A DNA stretch of 62,862 nucleotides. It comes from an uncultured Prevotella sp. (GTDB lineage: Bacteria; Bacteroidota; Bacteroidia; Bacteroidales; Bacteroidaceae). Below are positions 17,890 through 27,779 of this stretch, piece by piece; position 1 is the stretch's first letter, and each line of letters begins with the position of its first letter. Both the position numbers and the translations under genes were made by a program. The notes beneath the pieces are model-generated. The model did not search any database, was not told the DNA's origin, and saw nothing but the letters and a program-made list of their open reading frames with translations. The stretch lies in assembly GCA_945830345.1 (NCBI GenBank), contig CALZYS010000001.1:1-62862 (forward strand), read 5' to 3'.

Positions 17890-18027
17890 GATGCTTGTGA
17901 ATATGATTAATTGATAGCTATACTAATGGCAAATGATTGACTGTAATTGTATAAACTGGATAGCTGTTGAGGTTATGACTGTTTGGCTGGCATTATAATA
18001 TAAGAATAGCAGGCGTGCATGCCTTCT

Positions 18028-18108
18028 GCCAGTTAGCAAAAGATTGCCTGCCTGCTATCAAACAATTGTCTGCTAACTGACAAACAATTGTCCGCTCATT
18101 ACCAAAAT
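18028..18108. repeat. Degenerate 22-bp-period repeat
   Basis: caaa starts at 18037, 18059, 18081, 18103; caaacaattgtc occurs twice exactly. Confidence 0.6.
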
Positions 18109-18113
18109 GGTTT

Positions 18114-18617
18114 TCACTCTTTAATGAAGAAGCGGGAGAACTCACTCTCGAAATTCGGAGTGAACACTTCCTTGCCTATGGCAGCACGTATCTCGTCAAT
18201 AGTCCAAAAGCGCCCACCGGCGAGTTCATCTGCTGACGGAGATATTGTGCCGTCATATACCGTGCGGTTGACATACACAAGCTCGCGCTCCTTCTTGCTT
18301 TCGAATACATACTTGCCCATGCTGACGGGAGTAAAGTCCTCAATGCCAAGTTCCTCACGCACTTCGCGTCGGAGTGCGTCGGAGGGATTCTCACCATAAT
18401 CAATATGTCCGCCCACAGCCGTGTCCCACTTGCCAGGTTGTATGTCCTTCCAGTTGGGCCTACGCTGCAGATACACCTCGCCCCGGGAGTTAAACACATG
18501 CAGGTGAACCACCGGATGGAGCAATTTGCTGCCACTATGACACTCGCCACGGGTGGCTGAGCCCACCACCGTGCCCTCTTCATCCACTAAAGGGAATATT
18601 TCTTGCTGATTGTCCAT
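18114..18617 (-). CDS. NUDIX hydrolase (IPP isomerase/YfcD-like)
   Basis: LLHPVVH, PGKWD..VGGH...GE...A..RE..EELG Nudix box. Confidence 0.9.
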   Translation of the reverse strand: MDNQQEIFPLVDEEGTVVGSATRGECHSGSKLLHPVVHLHVFNSRGEVYLQRRPNWKDIQPGKWDTAVGGHIDYGENPSDALRREVREELGIEDFTPVSMGKYVFESKKERELVYVNRTVYDGTISPSADELAGGRFWTIDEIRAAIGKEVFTPNFESEFSRFFIKE

Positions 18618-18715
18618 AATAATTGCTGAATGTTTATGTAATTTGGCGGCAAAGGTACAAAAATAAACAACAAAATGCAACATTTTAGATATTTTTTTGT
18701 ATATTTGCAGCCGTT

Positions 18716-19288
18716 ATGAACAACAATATAGAGACTCACCCGTTTGAGCCGTTTGTCCCCGAAGGGGCCAAGGTTCTTATGTTAGGCACCTTTCCACCTG
18801 CGCCTCATCGTTGGTGCATGCCTTTCTACTACCCCAACTTCCAAAATGACATGTGGCGCATTATGGGCATCATCTTCTTCGGCGACAAGGAGCACTTTAT
18901 CGTCAAAGGAGAAAAGCGGTTTGACCAACCGGGGATTGAGGCGTTCCTCAGGGAAAATGGCATTGCCATGTATGACACTGCCACAAGGATAGTGCGCACC
19001 AAGAACACCGCCTCGGACAAAGACCTCGACATCATCGAGGAAACCGACGTAAAGGCAATGCTCGACCATATGCCCCAATGCAATACCATCATCACCGCGG
19101 GACAACTCGCCACCACAACGCTCTGCCGCCGCTTCAACGTGAAGGAACCAAAGGTGGGCGAATATGCCGAAGTGGAATACAAAGGGCGCAAAATCCGCAT
19201 CTATCGCATGCCGAGCAGTTCGCGGGCCTATCCCATGAAGCCCGAGCGCAAGGCAGAGCAATATGCCAAGGCACTTGCATCACTATAA
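18716..19288 (+). CDS. Uracil-DNA glycosylase superfamily protein
   Basis: HPFEP, LGTFPP, FYYPN..N.MW and MPSSS motifs. Confidence 0.85.
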   Translation: MNNNIETHPFEPFVPEGAKVLMLGTFPPAPHRWCMPFYYPNFQNDMWRIMGIIFFGDKEHFIVKGEKRFDQPGIEAFLRENGIAMYDTATRIVRTKNTASDKDLDIIEETDVKAMLDHMPQCNTIITAGQLATTTLCRRFNVKEPKVGEYAEVEYKGRKIRIYRMPSSSRAYPMKPERKAEQYAKALASL

Positions 19289-19304
19289 CAAGATATAAAC
19301 CTCA

Positions 19305-19644
19305 TCATAAATCAATGCTATAGCCCAAGGTGAACATCAGAGTGGAGTTGTGCGCATTGTCTGTCATGTTCTTATACACATGCGTTAATCCGAGATTATA
19401 CCGGATATCAAAAGAGATGTTGTGGTATTCATAGGAGAGACCTATGGGAATGGAACAATTCCGGTTGAATGCCAATCTTCGCGGAAATGCCGTAAAATGA
19501 CTCTCTGTATATCTTATCACCAGAGAACTTTGAAAGGTTCACTCCTACACGTGGGTACAACGTCAGTGTACCAGGCTCCTTTTGTGCAAATATGTTACAG
19601 CACAACAACATGCCAACCAATACTGCAAACAATCCTTTCTTCAT
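19305..19644 (-). pseudogene. Outer-membrane beta-barrel (PorT-like) gene with internal deletion
   Basis: Signal peptide plus YPRVGVNLSK in one frame; SIPIGLSYEY...DIRYNLGLT...FTLGY in another; middle missing. Confidence 0.7.
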
Positions 19645-19729
19645 ATCTATATAAATGTTTTTCCTATATAAACGCTTGCCCATAGCGATTATTGTACAAA
19701 ACGATTGTTTTTTGTTTCAAGAAAAGCGA

Positions 19730-19749
19730 AGGGGGCAACGAAGCCCCCC
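19730..19749 (-). terminator. Intrinsic terminator after pectinesterase
   Basis: GC stem ggggc/gcccc directly after the stop, followed by a U-rich tract on the minus strand. Confidence 0.6.
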
Positions 19750-19751
19750 AA

Positions 19752-20723
19752 TTAATCTGCTACCTTATACCAGTCAGGCCGGTCGGAATCCGCAAGCACT
19801 TTCTCTATCGTATAGTCTCCGGCGCCAACCTGATGGCTCCACTTCACTCGCTTGCTCACATCCACGTCCTTTCCTTCAAGTGTCCTTGAAGCGGCCTCTG
19901 CATAAAAGGCCGTCTTCTCTTTCTCAACTCCCCAGTTGAACCATCCCGCGGGGTCTATGTGGTCACCCATAGCACATTCCACGAAAACCGTCTTGGCATA
20001 CGGTCTCCAGGGACGTCCGAGCATTACGCGCTCCACACCCGGTTCTGCGGTGAGGCAGCAGCCGCGGAGAACATATCCGTGGTCTCTGCCCTCGGGCGTG
20101 GATGCCGCAGTGAGGTAGCCGCGCCCTAAACTGTGTATCTGGCAGTTGTCGAAGAAAGCGGTTGAGGAACCGAAGATGAAGTCAACGGTGCCTTCGATGT
20201 AGCAGTCCTTATAGTATTGTTTGGACATCTTGCCGTAGGTGTAAAGCGTGTCCTGATAGCCAAGAAAACGGCAACGGACGAACACGGCGCGGTTGCCTGC
20301 CACAAATGCCGCCACAGCCTGCCCCACTGGTCCCGAGGAGTTGGCGAATGTAATGTCGTAAGCGTGGAAGTCAGGGCCGTAGATGTAGAATGACGATGAG
20401 CCAGATGTGCCCTTGTTCTCGCCAAAAATGTTCGGCTTTGAGGCAAAGTCATCATACGTAAGAATTGTCCCCTCAGCACTCTCGCCGATGAGTGTGACGT
20501 TGAGTTTGCATTCAGCCAGCACCAGTTTCTCCTTATACACTCCGTTGCGTATGAAAATGCGAGTCTCCTTTTCCTTGCGGAAGTCGGGCACTGCGTTGAT
20601 TGCTTCCTGCACAGTCTTGTAGTCACCGCTACCGTCCTGTGCCACGATGATGTCATAGTCCTTTGCCTGCATTCCCGACATAACTGTCAGCAACAGGACA
20701 AGAGTCAAGTAGATTTTCTTCAT
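19752..20723 (-). CDS. Pectin methylesterase (CE8)
   Basis: VAQDGSGDY, G.YKE, QAVA, QDTLY, IEGTVDFIFG and LGRPW motifs; signal peptide. Confidence 0.95.
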   Translation of the reverse strand: MKKIYLTLVLLLTVMSGMQAKDYDIIVAQDGSGDYKTVQEAINAVPDFRKEKETRIFIRNGVYKEKLVLAECKLNVTLIGESAEGTILTYDDFASKPNIFGENKGTSGSSSFYIYGPDFHAYDITFANSSGPVGQAVAAFVAGNRAVFVRCRFLGYQDTLYTYGKMSKQYYKDCYIEGTVDFIFGSSTAFFDNCQIHSLGRGYLTAASTPEGRDHGYVLRGCCLTAEPGVERVMLGRPWRPYAKTVFVECAMGDHIDPAGWFNWGVEKEKTAFYAEAASRTLEGKDVDVSKRVKWSHQVGAGDYTIEKVLADSDRPDWYKVAD

Positions 20724-20948
20724 TTTTGTTTGTTTTTAGGTGTAATACCATTATGTTTTTGCAAAGATACGGTATTTATCACATATAATCATCAAAACGA
20801 TCATGGTTTCACCAACATTTATAACAGTTTAACATTTTATCTTATCCAAAGACAACACTTTTTTCTAAAACATAGGCAACTTTAGGCTGTTTTCCTTCTA
20901 AAGCATAGGCACATTGCTATCATTTCGCCTGTTAAATATCGTAAACCT

Positions 20949-21011
20949 ACGGTTTTGGTAATAAAAACCATAATAGGGATGCTTGTAATAAGAAAAAAAG
21001 TTGTAACTTTG
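20949..21011 (+). promoter_or_regulatory. Promoter with conserved upstream GGTAATAA box
   Basis: GGTAATAAAAAC at 20957 and TAACTTTG at 21004; same geometry at 22876/22924 and 24589/24637. Confidence 0.7.
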
Positions 21012-21066
21012 CACAGAAAATTGGCTATACAAGTATTTATGTTGAATTAATATTATGATATAATTT

Positions 21067-22233
21067 ATGAGAAACTTTGATTATCAAACTCCCACGCGGC
21101 TTATATTCGGCAAGGGCGTGGTGGCAGAGAAACTGCAAGGCGTGATGGCCAAGTTCGGCAACAAGGTGCTGATTACTTACGGCGGTGGAAGCATCAAGCG
21201 AAGTGGTCTTTACGACCAGGTGTTACAACTCCTCGAAGGCAAGCAGATATACGAGTTGCCCGGAATAGAGCCTAACCCTAAGTTCAACCCCAGCGTGCTT
21301 GAGGGCGTGCGTATATGCAAGGAGAAAGGCATCGACGTGATACTGTCAGTAGGCGGAGGCAGTGTGCTCGACTGCACCAAGGCAATAGCCGGAGCCGCCT
21401 GCTCGGACGCTGACCCATGGGACATCGTGACGGGCAAGGCTCCCACTCTCAAGGCCATACCCATTGTGGATATCATCACACTGGCAGCCACAGGCTCGGA
21501 GTATGACTCGGGAGGCGTGATCTCGCGCACCGAGACCAACGACAAACTTGCCTATTTCTCGCCGTTGGTATTTCCTGCCGTATCATTCATCGACCCCACA
21601 TATACATTCACACTTCCCGTGAAGCAGACTCTCGCGGGCGTTGCCGACTGCATCAACCATATAATGGAGCAGTATTTCTGCGGTGAGCATATTATGATGA
21701 ACGATGCCTTTATGGAGGGAGCCGTGAAGTCGTTGGTGAAGAACGTGAGGATTGTGCTTGACGAGCCCGACAACTACGACGCCCGCGCCGAGATATTCTA
21801 TGCCACCACACTGGGCTGCAACGGCATCTATGCCCTTGGCAACTCTGAGAGCGGTTGGCCCATGCACGCCATCGAGCACGCACTATCAGGGCACTACGAT
21901 ATCACCCATGGCGAGGGACTTGCCATCGTCACTCCACGCTGGATGCGTCATATCCTCAACACCACAAATGGCGAACTGCATGAACAAGTGGTGGAGCGAA
22001 TCACTTCGTTTGGCAAGAACGTCTTCGGCACTGCCACTCCCGAGGAGAGCATACAGGCTATCCACGATTTCTATGAGAGCATCGGCATCCCTATGACCCT
22101 CGCAGCCGTAGGCATCGACGGCAGCCGCATCGACGAGATGGCACATCACATCGCCGTGAACGAGGGACTCGACCAGGCATGGGTGCCGCTGTATGAGGAA
22201 GACATCGCAGCCATCCTGCGCGACTGTATGTAA
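21067..22233 (+). CDS. Iron-containing alcohol dehydrogenase (butanol dehydrogenase/YqhD-like)
   Basis: YGGGSIK, GIEPNP, GGGSVLD, TLAATGSE and H.IEH..S..YDITHG motifs. Confidence 0.93.
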   Translation: MRNFDYQTPTRLIFGKGVVAEKLQGVMAKFGNKVLITYGGGSIKRSGLYDQVLQLLEGKQIYELPGIEPNPKFNPSVLEGVRICKEKGIDVILSVGGGSVLDCTKAIAGAACSDADPWDIVTGKAPTLKAIPIVDIITLAATGSEYDSGGVISRTETNDKLAYFSPLVFPAVSFIDPTYTFTLPVKQTLAGVADCINHIMEQYFCGEHIMMNDAFMEGAVKSLVKNVRIVLDEPDNYDARAEIFYATTLGCNGIYALGNSESGWPMHAIEHALSGHYDITHGEGLAIVTPRWMRHILNTTNGELHEQVVERITSFGKNVFGTATPEESIQAIHDFYESIGIPMTLAAVGIDGSRIDEMAHHIAVNEGLDQAWVPLYEEDIAAILRDCM

Positions 22234-22297
22234 CAGACATCAAAATGATTATCAATGCTCGACATCAAGAAATCGAGGTTAATAACAATAAATATTT

Positions 22298-22852
22298 ATG
22301 GTAAAAAAAGTATTGGTAATATCTACAAGTTTACGCCCCAGGAGCAATTCCGAGGCGTTGGCAGACGAATTTGTACGTGGAGCTGTTGAGGCTGGTCACG
22401 AAGTGGAGAAACTGTCGTTGCGCGGCAAGGAGATAGCATTCTGCCGTGGATGCATGGCATGTCATAGTCTAAGGACTTGTGCCATAAAGGACGACATGAT
22501 TCCCATCATACAGAAGATGCACGACGCCGACATCATCGCCTTCGCCACTCCTATCTATTATTACGAGATGTGTGGACAGATGAAGACGATGCTCGACCGT
22601 GCAAATGCTCTCTACGACTCCGACTACCATTTCCGCGACATCTATCTGTTTACCGCCGCTGCCGAGGATGAACCCGATGTGCCCCAAAGGGCAATAGAGG
22701 GACTTGGAGGCTGGATTGCCTGTTTCCCCAAGGCTCGCCTTGCCGGCCAAGTATTTGCAGGAGGAGTAAACGACATGGGCGACATAGAAGGCCACCATGC
22801 CCTCGCCAAGGCGTATGAAATGGGTAAAGCATTATCAATGCCCTTTGAATGA
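22298..22852 (+). CDS. Flavodoxin-like / iron-sulfur flavoprotein (FMN reductase family)
   Basis: SLR..SNS, CRGCMAC....C..KDD and TPIYYY motifs. Confidence 0.88.
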   Translation: MVKKVLVISTSLRPRSNSEALADEFVRGAVEAGHEVEKLSLRGKEIAFCRGCMACHSLRTCAIKDDMIPIIQKMHDADIIAFATPIYYYEMCGQMKTMLDRANALYDSDYHFRDIYLFTAAAEDEPDVPQRAIEGLGGWIACFPKARLAGQVFAGGVNDMGDIEGHHALAKAYEMGKALSMPFE

Positions 22853-22878
22853 ACCATACATTTTTCCATAAAAATGGT

Positions 22879-22921
22879 AATAATCCCCGAAATCTGTATA
22901 ACGCAGGTTTCGGGGATTATT
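22879..22921. repeat. 18-bp inverted repeat over the hydrolase promoter
   Basis: aataatccccgaaatctg-N7-caggtttcggggattatt (17/18); abuts TACCTTTG at 22924. Confidence 0.8.
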
Positions 22922-22939
22922 CGTACCTTTGCAGCCGAT

Positions 22940-24427
22940 ATGAAGAAGATTGTTTTATCTATAATTATGTTGGCTATGACAACGACATTTTCAGATGCAC
23001 AGAATGTGCAAGACAAGGCAACGAAGACATGCTCGTTGCAGTTAGTGAGTGAGTGGGACAAGACATTCCCAAAGAGTGACAAGGTAAGGCATGAGAAGGT
23101 GACGTTCCGTAACAGATTCGGCATCATGCTTGCTGCCGACCTCTATGTTCCGAAAGAAGCCGAAGGCAAGATGGCAGCCATTGCCGTCAGCGGACCTTTC
23201 GGTGCAGTGAAAGAACAGGCAAGCGGACTCTATGCCCAACGTATGGCGGAGGAGGGTTTCCTTACCATTGCCTTCGATCCTTCCTTTACGGGCGAAAGCG
23301 GTGGCGAGCCTCGCTATTCCTCCTCGATGGACATCAACACCGAGGACTTCTGTGCTGCGGTGGATTATCTCTCGTGTCGCGACGACGTGGATGCCGGGCG
23401 CATCGGCATACTTGGAATATGCGGATGGGGAGGCATAGCACTCAATGCTGCGGCCCTCGACCCACGCATAAAAGCTACGGTGAGCGTCACCTTATATAAT
23501 ATGACGCGCGTGACGCAACAGGGATATTTCGACTCCATGGACGAGGATGCCCGATTCAAGTTGAAACAACAGTTGGCTGAGCAGCGCACTGAGGAATATC
23601 GCAAGGGAGAGATACTTCCACAAGGCGGACTGCCTGCCGAGGCTCCATCTGACGCATCAGATTTCTTCAAGCAATACATTGCCTACTACAAGTCGGAAGC
23701 ACGTGGTTATCATCCCCGCTCGCTCAACTCCAACATGGGATGGAACATCACATCGCCTCTCATGCGCCTCAACCAGAATCTGTGGATTGCAGCTGACGAG
23801 ATACGCACTCCCGTGCTTATCGTCCACGGCGAGAAGGCTCACAGCCGATACTTCGGCGAGGAGGCTTATCAGAAAATCACAAGCGGCAAATACGCCGACA
23901 ACAAGAGTCTGTTGATAGTGCCCAATGCCACCCACTGCGACCTATACGACGGGGGCGAGGGCAACTATATCCCATGGAACGAGATTGTCAATTTCTACAG
24001 AACAAACTTCTGGTTCAGCGACTGGCCCAAGGGCAATCCCAACACCCGATACGCCCAGTATTTCACAGGCGACAGCCATCTTGCACCCATTGCTCCCAAA
24101 AACCTTTCGGCTGATGAAAAGACTATTCAAGGCTATAGCAATGTGACCTTTGAGCCTGGTTGCCGCAACAACTGGCACATACATCACGGTGCCCACCAAA
24201 TCCTCATCTGCGTCAGCGGCAAGGGATGGTATCAGGAATGGGGCAAGCCCGCCATACCGCTAAAAGCCGGCGATATCATCGACATCCCCGAGGGAGTGAA
24301 GCACTGGCACGGTGCACAAGCCGACTCATGGTTCCAGCACTTGGCTACCCATGCAAAGACAAGCGGGGAAGAGCGTAACGAATGGTTGGAGCCAGTGAGC
24401 GACGAGGAGTATAATAAGTTAAAATAG
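22940..24427 (+). CDS. Secreted YcjY-like alpha/beta hydrolase fused to a C-terminal cupin
   Basis: Signal peptide; GAVKEQ, FDPS..GESGGEPR, GICGWGG, H.DLYD; cupin NVTFEPGCRNNWHIH...KHWHGA. Confidence 0.88.
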   Translation: MKKIVLSIIMLAMTTTFSDAQNVQDKATKTCSLQLVSEWDKTFPKSDKVRHEKVTFRNRFGIMLAADLYVPKEAEGKMAAIAVSGPFGAVKEQASGLYAQRMAEEGFLTIAFDPSFTGESGGEPRYSSSMDINTEDFCAAVDYLSCRDDVDAGRIGILGICGWGGIALNAAALDPRIKATVSVTLYNMTRVTQQGYFDSMDEDARFKLKQQLAEQRTEEYRKGEILPQGGLPAEAPSDASDFFKQYIAYYKSEARGYHPRSLNSNMGWNITSPLMRLNQNLWIAADEIRTPVLIVHGEKAHSRYFGEEAYQKITSGKYADNKSLLIVPNATHCDLYDGGEGNYIPWNEIVNFYRTNFWFSDWPKGNPNTRYAQYFTGDSHLAPIAPKNLSADEKTIQGYSNVTFEPGCRNNWHIHHGAHQILICVSGKGWYQEWGKPAIPLKAGDIIDIPEGVKHWHGAQADSWFQHLATHAKTSGEERNEWLEPVSDEEYNKLK

Positions 24428-24525
24428 CGACAGTGCTCGACGTATATGCCATATCAAGAGACCGTGTAGCCGACTCAAAGGAGAGCATACACAAGTGGCT
24501 GAAGAGAATAGGTATGATGAAATGA
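24427..24525 (+). pseudogene. Orphan 3' end, probably flavodoxin
   Basis: Reads ATVLDVYAISRDRVADSKESIHKWLKRIGMMK*, resembling flavodoxin C-termini. Confidence 0.45.
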
Positions 24526-24680
24526 TTATACCACAGATATCAGGGATTATCAGAGAAGCATAGTATATATTGTATTTTTCACGTTTTGGGTAATAAAAAC
24601 AATAATAGAGGTATATGATATATGCGAAAAAAGTCGTATCTTTGCAGCGGTTTTTTATTTATGACAAACAATAACGCATT

Positions 24681-25577
24681 ATGGAAGAAATAAGATTTGA
24701 CAGCATACAACAGGTGAACGATTACTACGGCATAACAACGTTACATCCGTTGGTGACCGTGGTCCACTTGGAAAGAAGCAACTACACCGCCACTGCAAAG
24801 TCGCAGGTGCACTATGGCGTGTATGCCATCTGGCTGAAGGAAACCAAGGGATGCAACCTCTCATACGGACGCACACCCTACGACTTCGACGAGCAGACGG
24901 TGACGTCGTTTGAGCCAGGACAGACGGTGACGGTGGAGATGACCGACCGCAGCGTTCGTCCCAAGTGCGTGGGACTGTTGTTTCATCCCGATTTTCTGAA
25001 TCGCACCAATCTCTGCAGAAACATACGTAGATATGAGTTCTTCTCATATAGCAGTACCGAAGCACTGCATCTATCACAGAGCGAGGTGGTTGTGTTCAAG
25101 CAGGTGCTCGACATGATTGAGTCGGAACTCAAGCATCCGATAGACAATCACACCCGAGAACTGATAGTATCCAACATCGAGTTGCTGCTCAATTACTGCC
25201 TTCGCTTCTACGACCAGCAGTTCATCACCCGCGAGGAAATCAACCACTCGGTGGTGAAGCAGTTCGACCTCCTGCTGCGTGAGTATATCAAGGACAAGGC
25301 ACAGACGCAAGGACTCCCGACGGTGAATTATTTTGCCGACAAGTGTTGTCTATCCACAGGATATTTCGGACAGTTGGTGAAGACGGAGACAGGTCGCACG
25401 GCAAAGGACTTCATCAACGACCATCTGCTTGCCGCCGCCAAGGAACAGCTCAACGATGAGCATCTATCAATCACCCAAGTAGCCGAAAGCCTCGGATTCG
25501 AATATCCCCAGCACTTCGTCCGCTTCTTCAAGCAGCGCACTGGTATGACCCCGAAGGAGTATCGGAATGCGGGATAA
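24681..25577 (+). CDS. AraC-family transcriptional regulator
   Basis: YGR..YDF, EALHLS and C-terminal SITQVA..LGFEYPQHF.RFFK..TG.TP. Confidence 0.95.
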   Translation: MEEIRFDSIQQVNDYYGITTLHPLVTVVHLERSNYTATAKSQVHYGVYAIWLKETKGCNLSYGRTPYDFDEQTVTSFEPGQTVTVEMTDRSVRPKCVGLLFHPDFLNRTNLCRNIRRYEFFSYSSTEALHLSQSEVVVFKQVLDMIESELKHPIDNHTRELIVSNIELLLNYCLRFYDQQFITREEINHSVVKQFDLLLREYIKDKAQTQGLPTVNYFADKCCLSTGYFGQLVKTETGRTAKDFINDHLLAAAKEQLNDEHLSITQVAESLGFEYPQHFVRFFKQRTGMTPKEYRNAG

Positions 25578-25765
25578 TAAAACAGGATAACACAAAAGAC
25601 TCCTCCTCTCGCCATACATCTCGTCGAAAGAAAAAGGTTTGGCGGTGAACTTCGTGATATAGCAAATGAGAATATTCTTCCTTGGTAAATATATCTAAAA
25701 ATTACCAATAATCGGTAAATAACTTGCTTGGCTACAGATATTTTTGTATCTTTGCATAAAATTTA

Positions 25766-25811
25766 GCTGCACTCGGCAATTGAGAGTAAACTCTCATTGC
25801 GCTCGTTTGCA
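25766..25811. repeat. Small palindromic element at the transcription start of the permease gene
   Basis: gcactcggcaat-tgagagt/actctca-ttgcgctcgtttgca; reverse-orientation relative of the 7403-7450 element. Confidence 0.6.
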
Positions 25812-25824
25812 AAATTTTTGCAGT

Positions 25825-27651
25825 ATGACACTGACGATTATCATACTCATCGTGACCGTGGCGATGTTTATCGCGGGACGGCTCAGGGCTGACATCGTGG
25901 CCTTGTGCTCATTGGTCGTGATGTTACTTTGCGGCATACTCACCCCGACAGAGGCATTGGCGGGATTCTCCAATCCCGTGGTGGTGATGATGGTGGGACT
26001 GTTTGTCGTGGGAGGTGCGATATTACAGACGGGACTTGCCAAAGCTGCCAGTCACAGGATAATGCATCTGGCAAGGGGCAACGACACTCTGCCTTTTCTG
26101 CTCGTGATACTTGTGACGGCTATTATCGGAGCCTTCGTCAGCAACACGGGCACAGTGGCACTGATGATGCCTATCGTGGTGTCCATGGCAGCCGAGTCGC
26201 GCAAGAGCGCATCTACACTGCTCATGCCCCTGGCCTTTGCCAGTAGTATGGGCGGCATGCTCACGCTCATCGGTACTCCGCCCAACCTCGTCATCGACTC
26301 CGCGCTCCGCGAGCATGGTTACGAGGGGTTGTCGTTCTTTTCCTTCCTGCCCGTGGGCATCATCTGTCTTGCAGTGGGCATATTGGTTATGCTGCCGCTC
26401 AGCCGGATATTCCTGAAAAAGAAGGCAACGGACAACGATGGCAACAAGGGCAAGACACTTGACCAACTTGTGGAGGAATACAAACTGGCAGGCGACATGA
26501 CGGCATATAAGGTGGACCCACGCAGTATGATTGTGGGAAAAACTGTGGCACAGCTAAACTTACGAGCCGACTACGGCATCAACGTGATTGAGATACGCAA
26601 GGAAACATCTCGCCACCATGGTCTCATCCGTAACGTCAGCCAGTCGTTGCCCACACAAGACACAACCATCGAAGCCGACGACATCATCTATCTGCAAGGA
26701 CAGGAGGAGGACATCAAGGCTTTCACGGCTAAAGCCAGTCTGCACCATGAACACTCATCAGGCATCAACTTCTACGACATCGGCATAGCCGAGATTGTAG
26801 TCATGCCCGAATCGAGATTAGTGGGACAGAGGCTCAGCGACTCCCGTTTTCGCGAACATTACAACGCCAATGTGCTCGGAGTGAAGCGCAACAGCGACTA
26901 CATCACCGACAACCTTCCCACACTACGTCTGAAGGTAGGCGACACGTTGCTCATACAAGGTACGTGGGAACATATCATGAAGATTGACAAGGAGGAGGAC
27001 GACTGGCTGCTCATCGGTCAGCCGCGCGAGATGGCAGAGAAGGTGACACTCGACTACAAGGCTCCGCTTGCGGCAGTCATCATGCTGGCGATGGTGGTGG
27101 TGATGGCTCTCGATATTATCCCCGTGGCTCCTGTCACTGCGGTGATGACAGCGGGAGTGCTTATGGTGGTGTGCGGTTGTTTCCGCAGTGTCGATGCCGC
27201 CTACAAGACCATCAACTGGGAGAGCATCATTCTCATTGCCGCCATGATGCCGATGGCAACGGCATTGGAGAAGACTGGAGTATCCACGCTCGTCAGTCAC
27301 ACTCTTGTTGCCTCGCTCGGCACAGTGGGTCCCATGGCATTGCTCTGTGGCATCTACTTCACCACATCCCTGCTCACGATGTTCATCAGCAATACAGCCA
27401 CGGCAGTGCTTATGGCTCCGATAGCCATGAGTGCCTCTACGGAATTAGGCATCAGTCCGCTGCCCATGCTCTTTGCCGTCACCCTTGGAGCCAGCATGTG
27501 TTTTGCCTCTCCCTTCTCAACTCCGCCCAATGCGCTCGTGATGCAGGCGGGCAACTATACCTTCAAGGATTATATAAAGGTAGGACTGCCACTACAGATC
27601 ATCATGGGCATAGTGATGACCGTCGTACTGCCGATGATTTTCCCATTCTGA
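25825..27651 (+). CDS. SLC13/CitMHS permease with two TrkA-C domains
   Basis: SNTGTVA, GGMLTLIGTPPN, ISNTATA and G.Y.F.DY.KVG motifs; central soluble repeats. Confidence 0.92.
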   Translation: MTLTIIILIVTVAMFIAGRLRADIVALCSLVVMLLCGILTPTEALAGFSNPVVVMMVGLFVVGGAILQTGLAKAASHRIMHLARGNDTLPFLLVILVTAIIGAFVSNTGTVALMMPIVVSMAAESRKSASTLLMPLAFASSMGGMLTLIGTPPNLVIDSALREHGYEGLSFFSFLPVGIICLAVGILVMLPLSRIFLKKKATDNDGNKGKTLDQLVEEYKLAGDMTAYKVDPRSMIVGKTVAQLNLRADYGINVIEIRKETSRHHGLIRNVSQSLPTQDTTIEADDIIYLQGQEEDIKAFTAKASLHHEHSSGINFYDIGIAEIVVMPESRLVGQRLSDSRFREHYNANVLGVKRNSDYITDNLPTLRLKVGDTLLIQGTWEHIMKIDKEEDDWLLIGQPREMAEKVTLDYKAPLAAVIMLAMVVVMALDIIPVAPVTAVMTAGVLMVVCGCFRSVDAAYKTINWESIILIAAMMPMATALEKTGVSTLVSHTLVASLGTVGPMALLCGIYFTTSLLTMFISNTATAVLMAPIAMSASTELGISPLPMLFAVTLGASMCFASPFSTPPNALVMQAGNYTFKDYIKVGLPLQIIMGIVMTVVLPMIFPF

Positions 27652-27779
27652 TTCAACCTTTCGCCTTACATGTCGTCAAAAGGGGAAAGACAGATAGTGA
27701 ACTTCGTCTTCCTATATCATTGGCATAAGACTATTGAATAATAAAAGATAAATATCACTAATCAAATCAAAACAGAAAA

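Noticed and set aside
22879-22921. Invertible promoter
   Set aside because: The arms enclose only 7 bp, the -7 box is outside them, and no recombinase is nearby.
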